The translations under genes and the position numbers were made by a program. The notes under the pieces are model-generated. The model searched no databases. It saw only the letters and a program-made list of their open reading frames with translations, and was not told the origin of the DNA. This document shows, one piece after another, positions 19,427 through 29,403 of a stretch of 64,000 bases of DNA. The DNA comes from Candidatus Termititenax sp. (lineage in GTDB: Bacteria > Margulisbacteria > Riflemargulisbacteria > GWF2-35-9 > DYQY01): assembly GCA_020719045.1 (NCBI GenBank), contig DYQY01000001.1:128198-192197 (forward strand), given 5' to 3'. Every line of letters begins with the position of its first letter. Position 1 is the stretch's first letter.

Positions 19427-21022
19427 TTAAGGTTTCTCTTTAGCTTTTACTACAAGAGGTTTATTTCTACCAGAAGTTTTTTTGAAAAACCTAAGAATTG
19501 TCTCAGCTTCATCAAATCCTACTGTGATGAATGAAAAGTTTTCATAAACATCTACCTGGTCTATTGTGGCTGGGTTGATTCTTGTGTTTTCAACTATAAA
19601 ATTAATAAGTTTATCTTTAGTGGTTCTGTCTTTTTTGCCCATAGCTACAAAAAGTCTAGTCTTGCCTTCCATACTTATTCTAGCACCTCTGTCTGAAGAT
19701 GCTTGGATGTTACTATATATAGCAGGATCAAGGTCTTTATTAAAGGAATGATAAAGAAGTTGAGCAAGCATTTCAGTTGGATTATTATCTTCAAGAAGTT
19801 TCTCTGCCCAGTCTTGATACAGGTTATCTATTGTTTTTGTTTTTAGATTCTCTAGTTCTTCAGATATTTTTTTCTTTTTATTCTTAATGATATCCCTTAC
19901 ATTTGGGACACTAGATTTCTTAATATCTGTTTTTGCAATACGCTGAATAAACATTAGCTGGCTATATTCACTTGGGGTAATAAATGTAATTGCTGTACCT
20001 TGATTTCCAGCTCTTCCTGTACGACCAATCCGATGCACATAAGCTTCTGGGTCCTGCGGTAGTGAATAGTTGATAACGTGTGTTAGGTTATTAACGTCTA
20101 TTCCTCTAGCTGCTACGTCTGTTGCAACGAGTACGTTAATTTTTTTACTTTTAAACTTACTAAGAGTTTTTTCTCTTTGTGATTGAGAGATATCGCCGTG
20201 AATAGCGTCTGCATCATAGCCACGGTCAATAAGTCTTGCAGTAACATCATCTACATCGTTTTTGGTTCTGCAGAACACAAGACCATAAAAGTCTTCTTCT
20301 ATATCAATAATTCTTGTAAGTGCTTCAAATTTTTCTGAACCACGAACTTCATAATAAATCTGCTCAGTAAGGCTGGTTGTAAGTTGTTGATGTTTTACGG
20401 AAATAAATTCATGGTCAGCCATATATTTTTTTGCTAAGTCTCTGATTCTCATTGGCATAGTGGCCGAGAATAGTAGTGTTCTTTTGTTAGCATTAGTGTG
20501 CTTCATTATTTCTTCTAGGTCTTCAATAAATCCCATATTTAACATCTCATCAGCTTCATCAACAATTAAATGGTCAATATCAGCCAGGTTTAGTGTTCTT
20601 CTTCCAATGTGGTCAATAATCCTGCCTGGTGTTCCAACAACAATATGAACGCCTCTTTTTAGTCTTCGAAGTTGCTCATCAATGGATTGTCCTCCATAGA
20701 TAGGAATAATTCTTAAGTCAGCAGTACCTTTTAATGAATTAATTTCTTCAGCTACTTGAATAGCAAGTTCTCTTGTTGGTGTTAGAATTAATGCTTGAAC
20801 TTCGGTTTTTCTCTCATCTATTAAGTCAATAAGAGGTAGTCCAAAAGCAGCTGTCTTTCCTGTTCCTGTTTGTGCTTGTGCAATTATATTTGTGTCGTTA
20901 CGTAGCATTACAGGAATCGTTAGTTCTTGTATTGCAGATGGCTCTTCAAAGCCTTTTTGTTTGATAGCTTTAAGTGCTTTTGGTGATAAACCAAGTAATT
21001 CAAATTTATTTATTTCAGTCAT
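19427..21022 (-). CDS. DEAD-box ATP-dependent RNA helicase (DeaD/CshA-like)
   Basis: Motifs AQTGTGKT, DEAD, SAT and HRIGRTGRAG, with a C-terminal DbpA-like extension. Confidence 0.9.
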   Translation of the reverse strand: MTEINKFELLGLSPKALKAIKQKGFEEPSAIQELTIPVMLRNDTNIIAQAQTGTGKTAAFGLPLIDLIDERKTEVQALILTPTRELAIQVAEEINSLKGTADLRIIPIYGGQSIDEQLRRLKRGVHIVVGTPGRIIDHIGRRTLNLADIDHLIVDEADEMLNMGFIEDLEEIMKHTNANKRTLLFSATMPMRIRDLAKKYMADHEFISVKHQQLTTSLTEQIYYEVRGSEKFEALTRIIDIEEDFYGLVFCRTKNDVDDVTARLIDRGYDADAIHGDISQSQREKTLSKFKSKKINVLVATDVAARGIDVNNLTHVINYSLPQDPEAYVHRIGRTGRAGNQGTAITFITPSEYSQLMFIQRIAKTDIKKSSVPNVRDIIKNKKKKISEELENLKTKTIDNLYQDWAEKLLEDNNPTEMLAQLLYHSFNKDLDPAIYSNIQASSDRGARISMEGKTRLFVAMGKKDRTTKDKLINFIVENTRINPATIDQVDVYENFSFITVGFDEAETILRFFKKTSGRNKPLVVKAKEKP

Positions 21023-21101
21023 GTTTATTTCTCTGTTTCTATATTAAATGATATCCAAAGCTTAATAAGGATACACTAATACAACAAAAAAAGATACTAG
21101 A

Positions 21102-22010
21102 TTATATTGACAGGTGAGATTTAAGCGTTAAATAACGCTTCTCAATCTTTTCTTTTGAGGTGTTTAACAAAGCATCTGGGCCAAAATCTTCAACAGTGAA
21201 TGATGATGTTGCTGTGCCAAAAAGAAGTGCTTCCTTAAGTGTTTGCCAAGTAATAGTTTTATTTTCAAGATACCCCAGTAAACCACCAGCAAAAGAATCA
21301 CCGGCTCCGGTTGGATCCCTTACTAACTCTAAAGGAAATGCCCCAGAAGTAAACACTTCATCTTCTTTTTTCCCGTAAAGCGTTGAACCATATTCGCCTT
21401 TCTTTAGGGCAATATATGATATATTAGGAAATTGCTTTTGTATTTTTTTTACGGCACCTAGAAGAGTATATTCATTGGTAAACATTTTAATTTCAGTGTC
21501 GTTAATAAATAGGATATCAACCAATGAAAGAGTTTTTTCGAGCTCGTCCTTCATAATATTTATCCATAGGTTCATTGTGTCTAATGCTTTAATTTTAGCA
21601 TTGCTTTGTTCAAGAGCTTGTCTTTGTGAAACAGGGTCATTGTTTGCGCAAAAACAAATGTTTGCACTTTTCGCAGCCGTATTTAGCGTAGGCACAAATT
21701 CTGCAAGTACACCAACCTCTGTATCAAGAGTTTCGGCAACATTGATGTTTTTTAAGTAGCTACCCGTCCAGTGAAATGTTTTTTTATCTTTATCTATTTG
21801 GATATTTTCAGTGTTGATGTTTCTATCGTTTAGAATTTTGAAATAAGAGCTTGGATAGTCACCACCTACTTTGCTAATTAAAATTGGATTTGTAAAATAA
21901 CTAGCTGCAATTGAAGAATAAAAAGCAGAACCACCAGGAATCTTTTCTCTGTTTCCTTCTGGGGTATATAGAGTATCAAAAGCAACCGAACCTAAAATGC
22001 TTAATGTCAT
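21102..22010 (-). CDS. PfkB-family carbohydrate/nucleoside kinase
   Basis: Ribokinase-family signature DPTGAGDSFAGG. Confidence 0.8.
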   Translation of the reverse strand: MTLSILGSVAFDTLYTPEGNREKIPGGSAFYSSIAASYFTNPILISKVGGDYPSSYFKILNDRNINTENIQIDKDKKTFHWTGSYLKNINVAETLDTEVGVLAEFVPTLNTAAKSANICFCANNDPVSQRQALEQSNAKIKALDTMNLWINIMKDELEKTLSLVDILFINDTEIKMFTNEYTLLGAVKKIQKQFPNISYIALKKGEYGSTLYGKKEDEVFTSGAFPLELVRDPTGAGDSFAGGLLGYLENKTITWQTLKEALLFGTATSSFTVEDFGPDALLNTSKEKIEKRYLTLKSHLSI

Positions 22011-22690
22011 TGTAGAGGCAATTGTACTACAAAAGAGCTTCCTTTGTCTTTCTCACTTTCAACAAAAATATTTCCACCATGAAGTTCAAGAAGTTTTTTT
22101 ACAATACTAAGACCTATACCGCTACCTTTTTCGTGATTAGTAGGTAGGCTTCCTATATGTGCAAAAGGTTTAAAGAGGTCATTGATTTTGTCAGGAGCAA
22201 TGCCAACTCCAGTATCTATAACCTTTATGTAGAAATATCCTTCGTGGTTATCTGTAACAATATTTATAATTGACCCACGAGGCGAGAACTTAATTGCGTT
22301 ATTTATTAGATTATTAAGTACTTGCTGAAGTCTAAGTTCATCCGCTGGTATTGTTATGTTCTGGTGGATATGATGGAAAATTAAGATACCTTTTTGACCA
22401 GAGTGTACTTGGTGGCTTTGGACAGTGGCTTCGATTAGTGGTCTAATTTCGAGAGTAGTTTTTTGTATTGTGAACTCTCCTCTGTTTAGTTTTTCTAGAT
22501 CGAGCAGGTCCTCAATTAGTTTAAGGGTAAACTTTGCATGTTTATGGATTTTGCAGACAACATCTTTTTGATTTGGTCTTAGGTCATCAGATAGAAGCTT
22601 GAGAAATATTTCTGATAATCCCATAATAGCACCTAAGGGGCTTTTGATGTCGTGAATGACTTCATGTAAAAAACTGCTATCTTTTTCCAA
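22007..22690 (-). CDS. Soluble sensor histidine kinase (HisKA plus HATPase_c, no transmembrane segment)
   Basis: H-box HDIKSPLGAIMGLSE and N/G-box motifs. Overlaps the downstream pfkB gene by 4 bp. Confidence 0.8.
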   Translation of the reverse strand: MEKDSSFLHEVIHDIKSPLGAIMGLSEIFLKLLSDDLRPNQKDVVCKIHKHAKFTLKLIEDLLDLEKLNRGEFTIQKTTLEIRPLIEATVQSHQVHSGQKGILIFHHIHQNITIPADELRLQQVLNNLINNAIKFSPRGSIINIVTDNHEGYFYIKVIDTGVGIAPDKINDLFKPFAHIGSLPTNHEKGSGIGLSIVKKLLELHGGNIFVESEKDKGSSFVVQLPLQ

Positions 22691-22747
22691 GGCAATCCCC
22701 TTTCATCTCAGTGCTTTTTTAATGATACAATAATGATTGTAAAATAA

Positions 22748-23410
22748 ATGAGTATAAATATAAATAGATTGGGGTTTTTTGTGTTAAAAACAATTAGTCA
22801 GGAGAGTATACAGCTTGTGTCTAAATCACCAAGAAGAAAAGAGCTTCTTTCCAGAGTATACAAAGAGGTTGTAGTTGAAAAGTTTGATTTTGACGAGAGC
22901 GTACCAAGGGATATAGAAATTATAAATGTTGCAACCTATATTGCGGAGCAAAAGATGTTAGCCTTTATGAATAGTAGCATCGCGAAGGGGAGCATTATTA
23001 TAACTGCAGACACGATAGTGTGTTATCCAGAAGAAGGAAAGATTTTGGGCAAGCCAAATAGCATTGAGGGAGCAAGACAAATGCTTTTAGGCCATTTTGG
23101 AAAAGAGCATCAAGTTATAACTTCGGCTTGCTATATGGATACAATGACTAAGAAGAAGATAGTTGTTACAGATAATGTAAAGGTAAGATTTAAAAATGTT
23201 GAACTAATTCCAGAGAATATTGTTGCAAGGTATTTGCAACTTACGCCACCTTACGGGCCCATGGATAAAGCTGGAGCATATGGTATACAGGAGGCAGAAG
23301 TGTATAAGTATATGATAGAGGCAATAGCTGGAGACATTAATACAGTTATAGGGTTTCCGTTAGAAAAATTTGTTTCGGTAGTAATTGACAGTTCTTCTGG
23401 AAATATTTAG
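22748..23410 (+). CDS. maf: Maf-like nucleoside triphosphate pyrophosphatase
   Basis: Maf signature …LVSKSPRRKELL… and C-terminal …VIGFPL…. Confidence 0.75.
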   Translation: MSININRLGFFVLKTISQESIQLVSKSPRRKELLSRVYKEVVVEKFDFDESVPRDIEIINVATYIAEQKMLAFMNSSIAKGSIIITADTIVCYPEEGKILGKPNSIEGARQMLLGHFGKEHQVITSACYMDTMTKKKIVVTDNVKVRFKNVELIPENIVARYLQLTPPYGPMDKAGAYGIQEAEVYKYMIEAIAGDINTVIGFPLEKFVSVVIDSSSGNI

Positions 23411-24472
23411 CCCAATTTTTTCAAGCTCTGTTGTAATCACGATATCTGTTTTGTTTATGTTGCTCAAAATATATTTTTTGATAAATGATGCAGAGAAATT
23501 TGATTTGTTTATTTTTCTTTGGAAAAGAGATTTTAGTAGATAGACTCTATTGTTTACTTGAATATATTTGCTATTAACAAGTCTACTTACGGTTGATTGT
23601 GATAGCCCTGTTATTTCCGCAATAGTTTTTTGTGTTACGGGGTTAAGCAGTTCACCGTTTTCAAAGATGTTAGTTTTTTGTTTTTGAAAGAAAACAGTAA
23701 GTATACTTTTTAATCCGGTTGCTCTTTCTTGAAGAATTTTTAAAATGTCTGAGTTTTTTACGTTAGAGAAGTCTTCAAGGATTTCTATTGTAAACACGTT
23801 GTTTATAAGTTCGACTTTTGCGCTAGGAACTACTGTATTGCTTTTAAGGTATGAAAATTGTTGTCTGGGCAGTGTGTATACAATGTTGTTTTTTATATAG
23901 AGCAGACAAAGAGATATCCTGTTTAAGGATATTCCTGTTTTGTTAGAGATGGTTTGTAGGTCACCAGCTATTAGTTCTTTTTCAAACTTGAGAATTGAAA
24001 GAGTGTTCTTTTTGAACTCTTCATCATCAAAGTCGTGTTTTGTTATTTGTATTTCAATGAAGTTTTTTGTGGAAGTAGCACCTACTCCTTCTGGCTCTAA
24101 CTCTTGAAAGGTAGCGAGCAAATCATAGGCTTTTCTTCTTGAAATATTAAACTCAGACTGAAGAGTGCTAATGGTGTCTGTCCAGGAAGTAAATAGTCCA
24201 TTATCGTCGAGAAGTTCTACCATTCTAGCTAAGATTTTTTGGTCACCGAGTGAGACATAAAGGTTTGATATTTGCTCAAGCAAGAACGAGTCAAGTGATT
24301 CTGTAGCAGAATAAGTAAGATTTTCAGATAGCTCCACACCAGTATAGGTGTTTTGTATACTGCCGTATGACAATGAAAATATTTCCATTTTTTTGATAAG
24401 GGCAGGAGATATTGATAGTTTAGTTTTTGTGTTTAGTTTAAGCGACCTGTTAATGCTAGCCATTTTGTTCAT
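23360..24472 (-). CDS. rpoN: RNA polymerase sigma-54 factor (short form, 370 aa)
   Basis: C-terminal HTH (TIAEITGLSQSTVSRLV) and RpoN-box (ISRRTVNYYR), with a Q/L-rich N-terminal region. Overlaps the upstream EBP gene by 17 bp. Confidence 0.7.
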   Translation of the reverse strand: MNKMASINRSLKLNTKTKLSISPALIKKMEIFSLSYGSIQNTYTGVELSENLTYSATESLDSFLLEQISNLYVSLGDQKILARMVELLDDNGLFTSWTDTISTLQSEFNISRRKAYDLLATFQELEPEGVGATSTKNFIEIQITKHDFDDEEFKKNTLSILKFEKELIAGDLQTISNKTGISLNRISLCLLYIKNNIVYTLPRQQFSYLKSNTVVPSAKVELINNVFTIEILEDFSNVKNSDILKILQERATGLKSILTVFFQKQKTNIFENGELLNPVTQKTIAEITGLSQSTVSRLVNSKYIQVNNRVYLLKSLFQRKINKSNFSASFIKKYILSNINKTDIVITTELEKIGLNISRRTVNYYRNKFF

Positions 24473-25802
24473 ACTCTTTAATCTTGCTATAAAGCGTAGT
24501 CCTTGTTATCCCAAGTTCTTTTGCTGTTTTTGCCATGTTTTGTCCGTTGCGTTCAAGCGTAAACAAAATATGGTTTTTTTCGATTTCCTTTAGTTCCATC
24601 GAAGATGATTGATGATCAATAGACAAATAGATATCTAGTTCATTTAGGGAAATATGATTTTTTTTACATTTAAGAACAGCCCTGGTAATAACATTATCTA
24701 ATTCGCGAATATTGCCTGGCCAGCTGTAAGCCATCATTAGTTTTATAGCGTCCTCATTAAAACCTTCAATGTTTTTGTGGAACTCTTTATTTCTAAGATT
24801 AAGAAAATGTTGTGCTATTGGACAGATGTCCTCTGGTCTGTTTCTGAGAGGGGGTAGCTCTACGTTGTATACGTTTATTCTATAGAACAAGTCTTCACGG
24901 AATTTTTTTTGTTCAACCAGCAATTTTAGGTCTTGATTGGTACTACAGATTAGCTTGAAATCTATTTTCCTTTCCTGGGTATCACCAATCCGAATAACTG
25001 TTTTTTCTTGTATTACTCTAAGCAGCTTGGCTTGTAGCTTTTGGCTAAGTTCGTTTACTTCGTCAAGAAATAGAACTCCATTGTCTGCGAGTTCGAACTT
25101 GCCTGGTCTATCAGAAATAGCGTCGGTAAATGCACCTTTTTTGTACCCGAATAATTCGCTTTCGATTAGGTCTTCTGGGATAGCGGCACAGTTTATGGCG
25201 ATAAAAGGACCGTTTCTGTATACACTGTTTTTGTAGATAGCTCTTGCAGTTAGTTCTTTTCCAGTTCCGGTGTCTCCTTGGATAAGAACAGATACATTGT
25301 TGTTAAGTACTGGCTCGATGTCTTCAATAAGTTTTGAGATGGTTTTTGATGCTCCAGCCATTTTAAGTAGATTATTGTTATCGCTGTTTGTTAAACACAG
25401 AATTTTTTGTTCTAATATGTTTTCTTTTTCAGATTGAAAATGGATAAATTTAATCAGGTTAGTTAACATTTTCTCAAAACGAATCAGTTCTTGATTTTGT
25501 GCTTGCGGAAAGAGTTTTTCCAGAGTTTTTAGTAGTGATTCTAGGTATTTAACCATATCAGAGTTGGATATGTTTTGTTCTTGAAATTCGTTTAGGCTTT
25601 TTAGTACGTCAGAAATGGACAGAAAATCAGATGCTGTTATTTCTGTGTTTATATTCTGGCTTGCTTCGACTATGCTCTTGAGAAGTTGTTCAGACTGTTT
25701 AGGCAAAAACTTTGCTGCTAAGTCTTCCCTACCTTCTTGCTTTAGCTCTTCATGCCAGTATTTAAGAAAGTCATTACCCTTTTTAATTAGAGAACCAGGC
25801 AT
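24456..25802 (-). CDS. Sigma-54-dependent transcriptional activator (EBP) with no receiver domain and a C-terminal Fis-type HTH
   Basis: AAA+ sigma-54 interaction domain (Walker A GDTGTGKE; ESELFGYKKGAFTDA, a GAFTGA variant; R-finger region) and HTH ELGITRTTLYSKIKE. Confidence 0.85.
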   Translation of the reverse strand: MPGSLIKKGNDFLKYWHEELKQEGREDLAAKFLPKQSEQLLKSIVEASQNINTEITASDFLSISDVLKSLNEFQEQNISNSDMVKYLESLLKTLEKLFPQAQNQELIRFEKMLTNLIKFIHFQSEKENILEQKILCLTNSDNNNLLKMAGASKTISKLIEDIEPVLNNNVSVLIQGDTGTGKELTARAIYKNSVYRNGPFIAINCAAIPEDLIESELFGYKKGAFTDAISDRPGKFELADNGVLFLDEVNELSQKLQAKLLRVIQEKTVIRIGDTQERKIDFKLICSTNQDLKLLVEQKKFREDLFYRINVYNVELPPLRNRPEDICPIAQHFLNLRNKEFHKNIEGFNEDAIKLMMAYSWPGNIRELDNVITRAVLKCKKNHISLNELDIYLSIDHQSSSMELKEIEKNHILFTLERNGQNMAKTAKELGITRTTLYSKIKEYEQNG

Positions 25803-26054
25803 AATGTATGATTATACCATTAGTTTAGAAAATATGTACAATTTTTGCACACTTTTTATCAAATATATATTACATTGTTAGATGGGAATCTGAGCGTAGA
25901 AGATATTATAACTTAAGGCGCGTAAAGAGCCTGTATACATTGAGAAACAGGCTTTCTGACACATGCATAAAAAAGAATGCATCAAATAGCTAGGTATTAC
26001 CGATAATTTATATACAATACTTAAATGTATACAAGCAGAAAAGGAGTGATAATT

Positions 26055-26189
26055 ATGGACGAAAATGAAAGACTAGAAGACATGATGCATAAGATAATAT
26101 CCTCTAATCCTGCGGTAAGGGTAAGCACAAAGGTTGTTACATTAGACTTTTGTGAATATGATCTTGACCTAGTTATGAGTATGAACTAA
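26055..26189 (+). CDS. Hypothetical small protein (44 aa)
   Basis: Strong SD AAGGAG 8 nt upstream of the ATG. The ORF is below the six-frame track threshold and has no homology evidence. Confidence 0.3.
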   Translation: MDENERLEDMMHKIISSNPAVRVSTKVVTLDFCEYDLDLVMSMN

Positions 26190-26253
26190 TAACTAGAAAA
26201 GATTAAAGCTTACTTGACTGCTGCGGTATTCTGCGGTCAAAAACGTACTCAAC

Positions 26254-26282
26254 TTGCTAGATGTAACTGCACAATCTATAAT
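26254..26282 (+). promoter_or_regulatory. Putative sigma-70-type promoter of mnmG (-35 TTGCTA, 17-bp spacer, -10 TATAAT)
   Basis: Canonical hexamers and spacing. The -10 ends 7 nt before the likely mnmG ATG at 26289, implying a very short or absent leader. Confidence 0.45.
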
Positions 26283-26288
26283 ACAGCA

Positions 26289-28187
26289 ATGCTAGTCTCT
26301 GAAATTACCAATGAAATAATTGTATACAACCGTCAGTATGATGTAATAGTTGTTGGTGCTGGTCATGCAGGCTGTGAAGCAGCTTTGGCCTCAGCAAGGC
26401 TTGGAGCAAAAACGTTGCTTGTCACCATTAATCTTGACCGCATAGGCTGGATGCCTTGCAATCCCTCTATTGGTGGACCAGCAAAGAGTCAGTTAGTGCA
26501 CGAGATAGATGCTTTAGGTGGTCAGATGGGTGTAAATACCGATAAGACTTATTTGCAGATAAAGATGCTAAACACGTCTAAGGGGCCGGCAGTACAAAGC
26601 CTGAGGGCACAGAGTGATAAGTTTAAATACCATGTTGAAATGAAAAGAACACTGGAGCTTCAGAAGAATTTGGACATAAAGGAAGCAATGGTAAAAGAGT
26701 TAGTTTTGGATGAAGAAAACATTTATGGTGTTTTGACGGAAATGGATGTTTTGTATAGTGGGAAAAAAGTTGTTCTTTGTAATGGGACTTTTTTAAATGG
26801 GAAGATACATATTGGGATGAAGAGCATGTCTGCTGGCAGAGCAGGAGAGTTCCCATCTATCAATTTGGCAGAGGACTTGAAAAAGTATTTTGAGACAATA
26901 CGGCTTAAAACAGGAACACCCTGTAGGATAGACGGGTCTACAGTTGATTTTTCGATGTCAGAGCCACAGTACGGGAATGATATAAAAAGAAGATTTTCGT
27001 TTACAAAGAGTGAGATAACTGAAAAAGATTTTCCATGTCATTTGGTTCACACTAATCTTGATACCCATAAAATTATACAGCAGAATCTGGATAGGTCTCC
27101 ACTGTATCAAGGAAAGATAGACGGGATAGGTCCAAGATATTGTCCAAGCATTGAAGACAAGGTAGTTCGATTTGCTGATAAAGATAGACATCAGTCGTTT
27201 TTGGAGCCAGAAGGCGAAGACACTGTAGAGGTATATACCCAGGGGTTGTCTACTAGTTTACCGCAAGACGTGCAGCTTGATTTATTAAGAAGCATACCAG
27301 CCTTAAGGGATGTAGAGATTATGAGACCAGCCTATGCTATTGAGTACGACGTTGTTAGACCATATCAGTTAAAGTATACGCTGGAGACAAAAAGGATAGG
27401 GGGGCTGTATACCGCCGGCCAGATAAATGGCACATCTGGATACGAGGAAGCTGCAGCACAGGGGCTTATTGCCGGCATCAATGCAGCGCTTAGTGTTTTT
27501 GGTAGGGAAGGGGTTGTGCTATCTAGAGAATCATCTTATATTGGCACTCTTATTGATGATCTTATTAATAAGGATATCAAGGAACCATATAGAATGTTTA
27601 CCTCCAGGGCAGAGTATCGTTTACTTCTTAGACAGGATAACGCTGACTTGAGATTAACTGAGATTGGCTATGAGATAGGATTGATTAGTGAGGATAGGTT
27701 TGTTTCTTTCTTGAAAAAGAAGGAAGAAATTGAGAGAGGCATGAGGGTTTTAAGTGAAATTATTATTACTCCCAAAAAAGAGACAATAGATGTATTAGAA
27801 AAATATGGGGAGAAAACAAACAAGAAGGAATCTTTGGCTGGTTTTCTAAAAAAGCCAAAGATTACCTTTAAAGTTTTGTATGAAATTTATCCTGAGCTGG
27901 AGTTGGAAATATCCGATGAAGCAAAAGAAGTAATTGAGGTACAGGTAAAGTACGAAGAGTACATACAGCGCATGAGAAATACTATTGAAAAGCAGCAGGG
28001 CTTGGCAGAAACTAGCATCCCTGAGGAGTTTGATTATAGTTTTGTTAAAGGGCTAAAGAAAGAAAGCCTTGAGAAACTAAAAAAGATAAGACCACTTAAT
28101 GTTGGTCAAGCATCTCGTATAGATGGTGTTTCGCCAGCAGACATCGCAATATTGGTTGTTTCTTTAAAGAAGTTTTTTGGCGGGTAA
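26289..28187 (+). CDS. mnmG: tRNA uridine 5-carboxymethylaminomethyl modification enzyme MnmG (GidA)
   Basis: FAD motif [15 protein letters not shown] and the full-length MnmG pattern. I prefer the start at Met26 of the track ORF (track ORF begins at 26214) because of alignment with the MnmG N-terminus. Confidence 0.9.
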   Translation: MLVSEITNEIIVYNRQYDVIVVGAGHAGCEAALASARLGAKTLLVTINLDRIGWMPCNPSIGGPAKSQLVHEIDALGGQMGVNTDKTYLQIKMLNTSKGPAVQSLRAQSDKFKYHVEMKRTLELQKNLDIKEAMVKELVLDEENIYGVLTEMDVLYSGKKVVLCNGTFLNGKIHIGMKSMSAGRAGEFPSINLAEDLKKYFETIRLKTGTPCRIDGSTVDFSMSEPQYGNDIKRRFSFTKSEITEKDFPCHLVHTNLDTHKIIQQNLDRSPLYQGKIDGIGPRYCPSIEDKVVRFADKDRHQSFLEPEGEDTVEVYTQGLSTSLPQDVQLDLLRSIPALRDVEIMRPAYAIEYDVVRPYQLKYTLETKRIGGLYTAGQINGTSGYEEAAAQGLIAGINAALSVFGREGVVLSRESSYIGTLIDDLINKDIKEPYRMFTSRAEYRLLLRQDNADLRLTEIGYEIGLISEDRFVSFLKKKEEIERGMRVLSEIIITPKKETIDVLEKYGEKTNKKESLAGFLKKPKITFKVLYEIYPELELEISDEAKEVIEVQVKYEEYIQRMRNTIEKQQGLAETSIPEEFDYSFVKGLKKESLEKLKKIRPLNVGQASRIDGVSPADIAILVVSLKKFFGG

Positions 28188-29378
28188 CGGAAGCGCAACA
28201 GCTCGGTAGTTGTTTGCTTCATCGATGTATCCGATATATGAATAATTGTTGTATACGACGTGGTTAAGCTGGCTCATTTTCCCTAGCGATTCATCAGCTT
28301 CAGAGATTATTTTCCATTCATTATTAACTAGACGAAGTACAACCGGCTGTTTGTTAACTAAGTCTGCGTAGGCAAGAAAAATATTGCCATTGTATATTTG
28401 TAGTTCAGAGAACCTAGCCTTGCCAGGCGTTGAGAAAGGTTTTCCTATGGTTTTCCAGGAAGAGCCTACAAGGGATTTAATGTTAACCTTATATGAGGAA
28501 GAAGTATCTTTGTAAGTAATGTAAGAAATATATGGTTTTGTTCCGTCTGTTGAAAGGGAAAGGTCTCCAACAAAATAATCAACGATAGAAAATCTTCCAA
28601 CCGCATCCCATTTGTTGTTGTTAAGTTTGTATACAACTATGTTATAGGCAACAGATGAATCAATTAGTGCTATATATACCTCGTTGTTTACATTAATTAA
28701 ATCTAGGTCAAGAACATGATGATTGTATTTTGCAAGAGGTGGAAGAAGTTGCCATGTATCATTGTTCCAAATAGCAGAGACCACGCCCCCAGAAGTGAGA
28801 TCAGAGTACGCCAGAAAAACATTGTTTTTGTAGGAATGAGTTTTTAACACGCCTACCTTAGAAGCAGGAAGTTCATCTGTTTTAATGGCTTGCCAGACAC
28901 CATCAAAGTATTTTCCAGAGACAGCATAACCATTTCGTCTATCAACATAAAACACAACAGGGTTGTTGTTTATTATTTCAATATTTGGCCAATATGCTTG
29001 GTCGTTGGTTATTGGGTTTGTCCCTACATTTTCCCAGTTTCCGCCAGTATATTTGCGAACCACAAGCCTAAAGTTTTGTTTAGCATCAGAGAGGCAACTG
29101 TAAGCTCCCTTGCTGCTTATGGATAGGTCAAGAAAATCAGAGACGGAATTATTAATAACGGAAGAGGAAAGAATTGGGCCAGCTGTTGGGATAGCTACCT
29201 TTTTAGATGTAAGGGTAATTGATTTACTATATTTTGGAAGTTCTGCCTCAATTTCATAGAAACCAGCGTTTGCATGTGGAGCTCTAGACCTCTCGGACAG
29301 GTATGAAACGCAGCCGGCCATCAGGATTAGAAAAAGTAAGCAAAGCAATATGAGGATTATCCATTTTCGTTTAAACAT
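28164..29378 (-). CDS. Lipoprotein with repeated beta-propeller-like blades
   Basis: Lipobox LMAGC after a signal peptide, and about 45-aa repeats (…NNVFLAYSD…, …NEVYIALID…, …[11 protein letters not shown]…). Confidence 0.55.
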   Translation of the reverse strand: MFKRKWIILILLCLLFLILMAGCVSYLSERSRAPHANAGFYEIEAELPKYSKSITLTSKKVAIPTAGPILSSSVINNSVSDFLDLSISSKGAYSCLSDAKQNFRLVVRKYTGGNWENVGTNPITNDQAYWPNIEIINNNPVVFYVDRRNGYAVSGKYFDGVWQAIKTDELPASKVGVLKTHSYKNNVFLAYSDLTSGGVVSAIWNNDTWQLLPPLAKYNHHVLDLDLINVNNEVYIALIDSSVAYNIVVYKLNNNKWDAVGRFSIVDYFVGDLSLSTDGTKPYISYITYKDTSSSYKVNIKSLVGSSWKTIGKPFSTPGKARFSELQIYNGNIFLAYADLVNKQPVVLRLVNNEWKIISEADESLGKMSQLNHVVYNNYSYIGYIDEANNYRAVALPLPAKKLL

Positions 29379-29403
29379 TATATTGGAATAATAACTTACA
29401 AAA

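Noticed and set aside
25921-25960. Hairpin AGCCTGT-N12-ACAGGCT, followed by ATGCAT…ATGCAT repeats, upstream of the EBP gene.
   Set aside because: Short stem, no U-tract, and no gene ends there. It is probably incidental.
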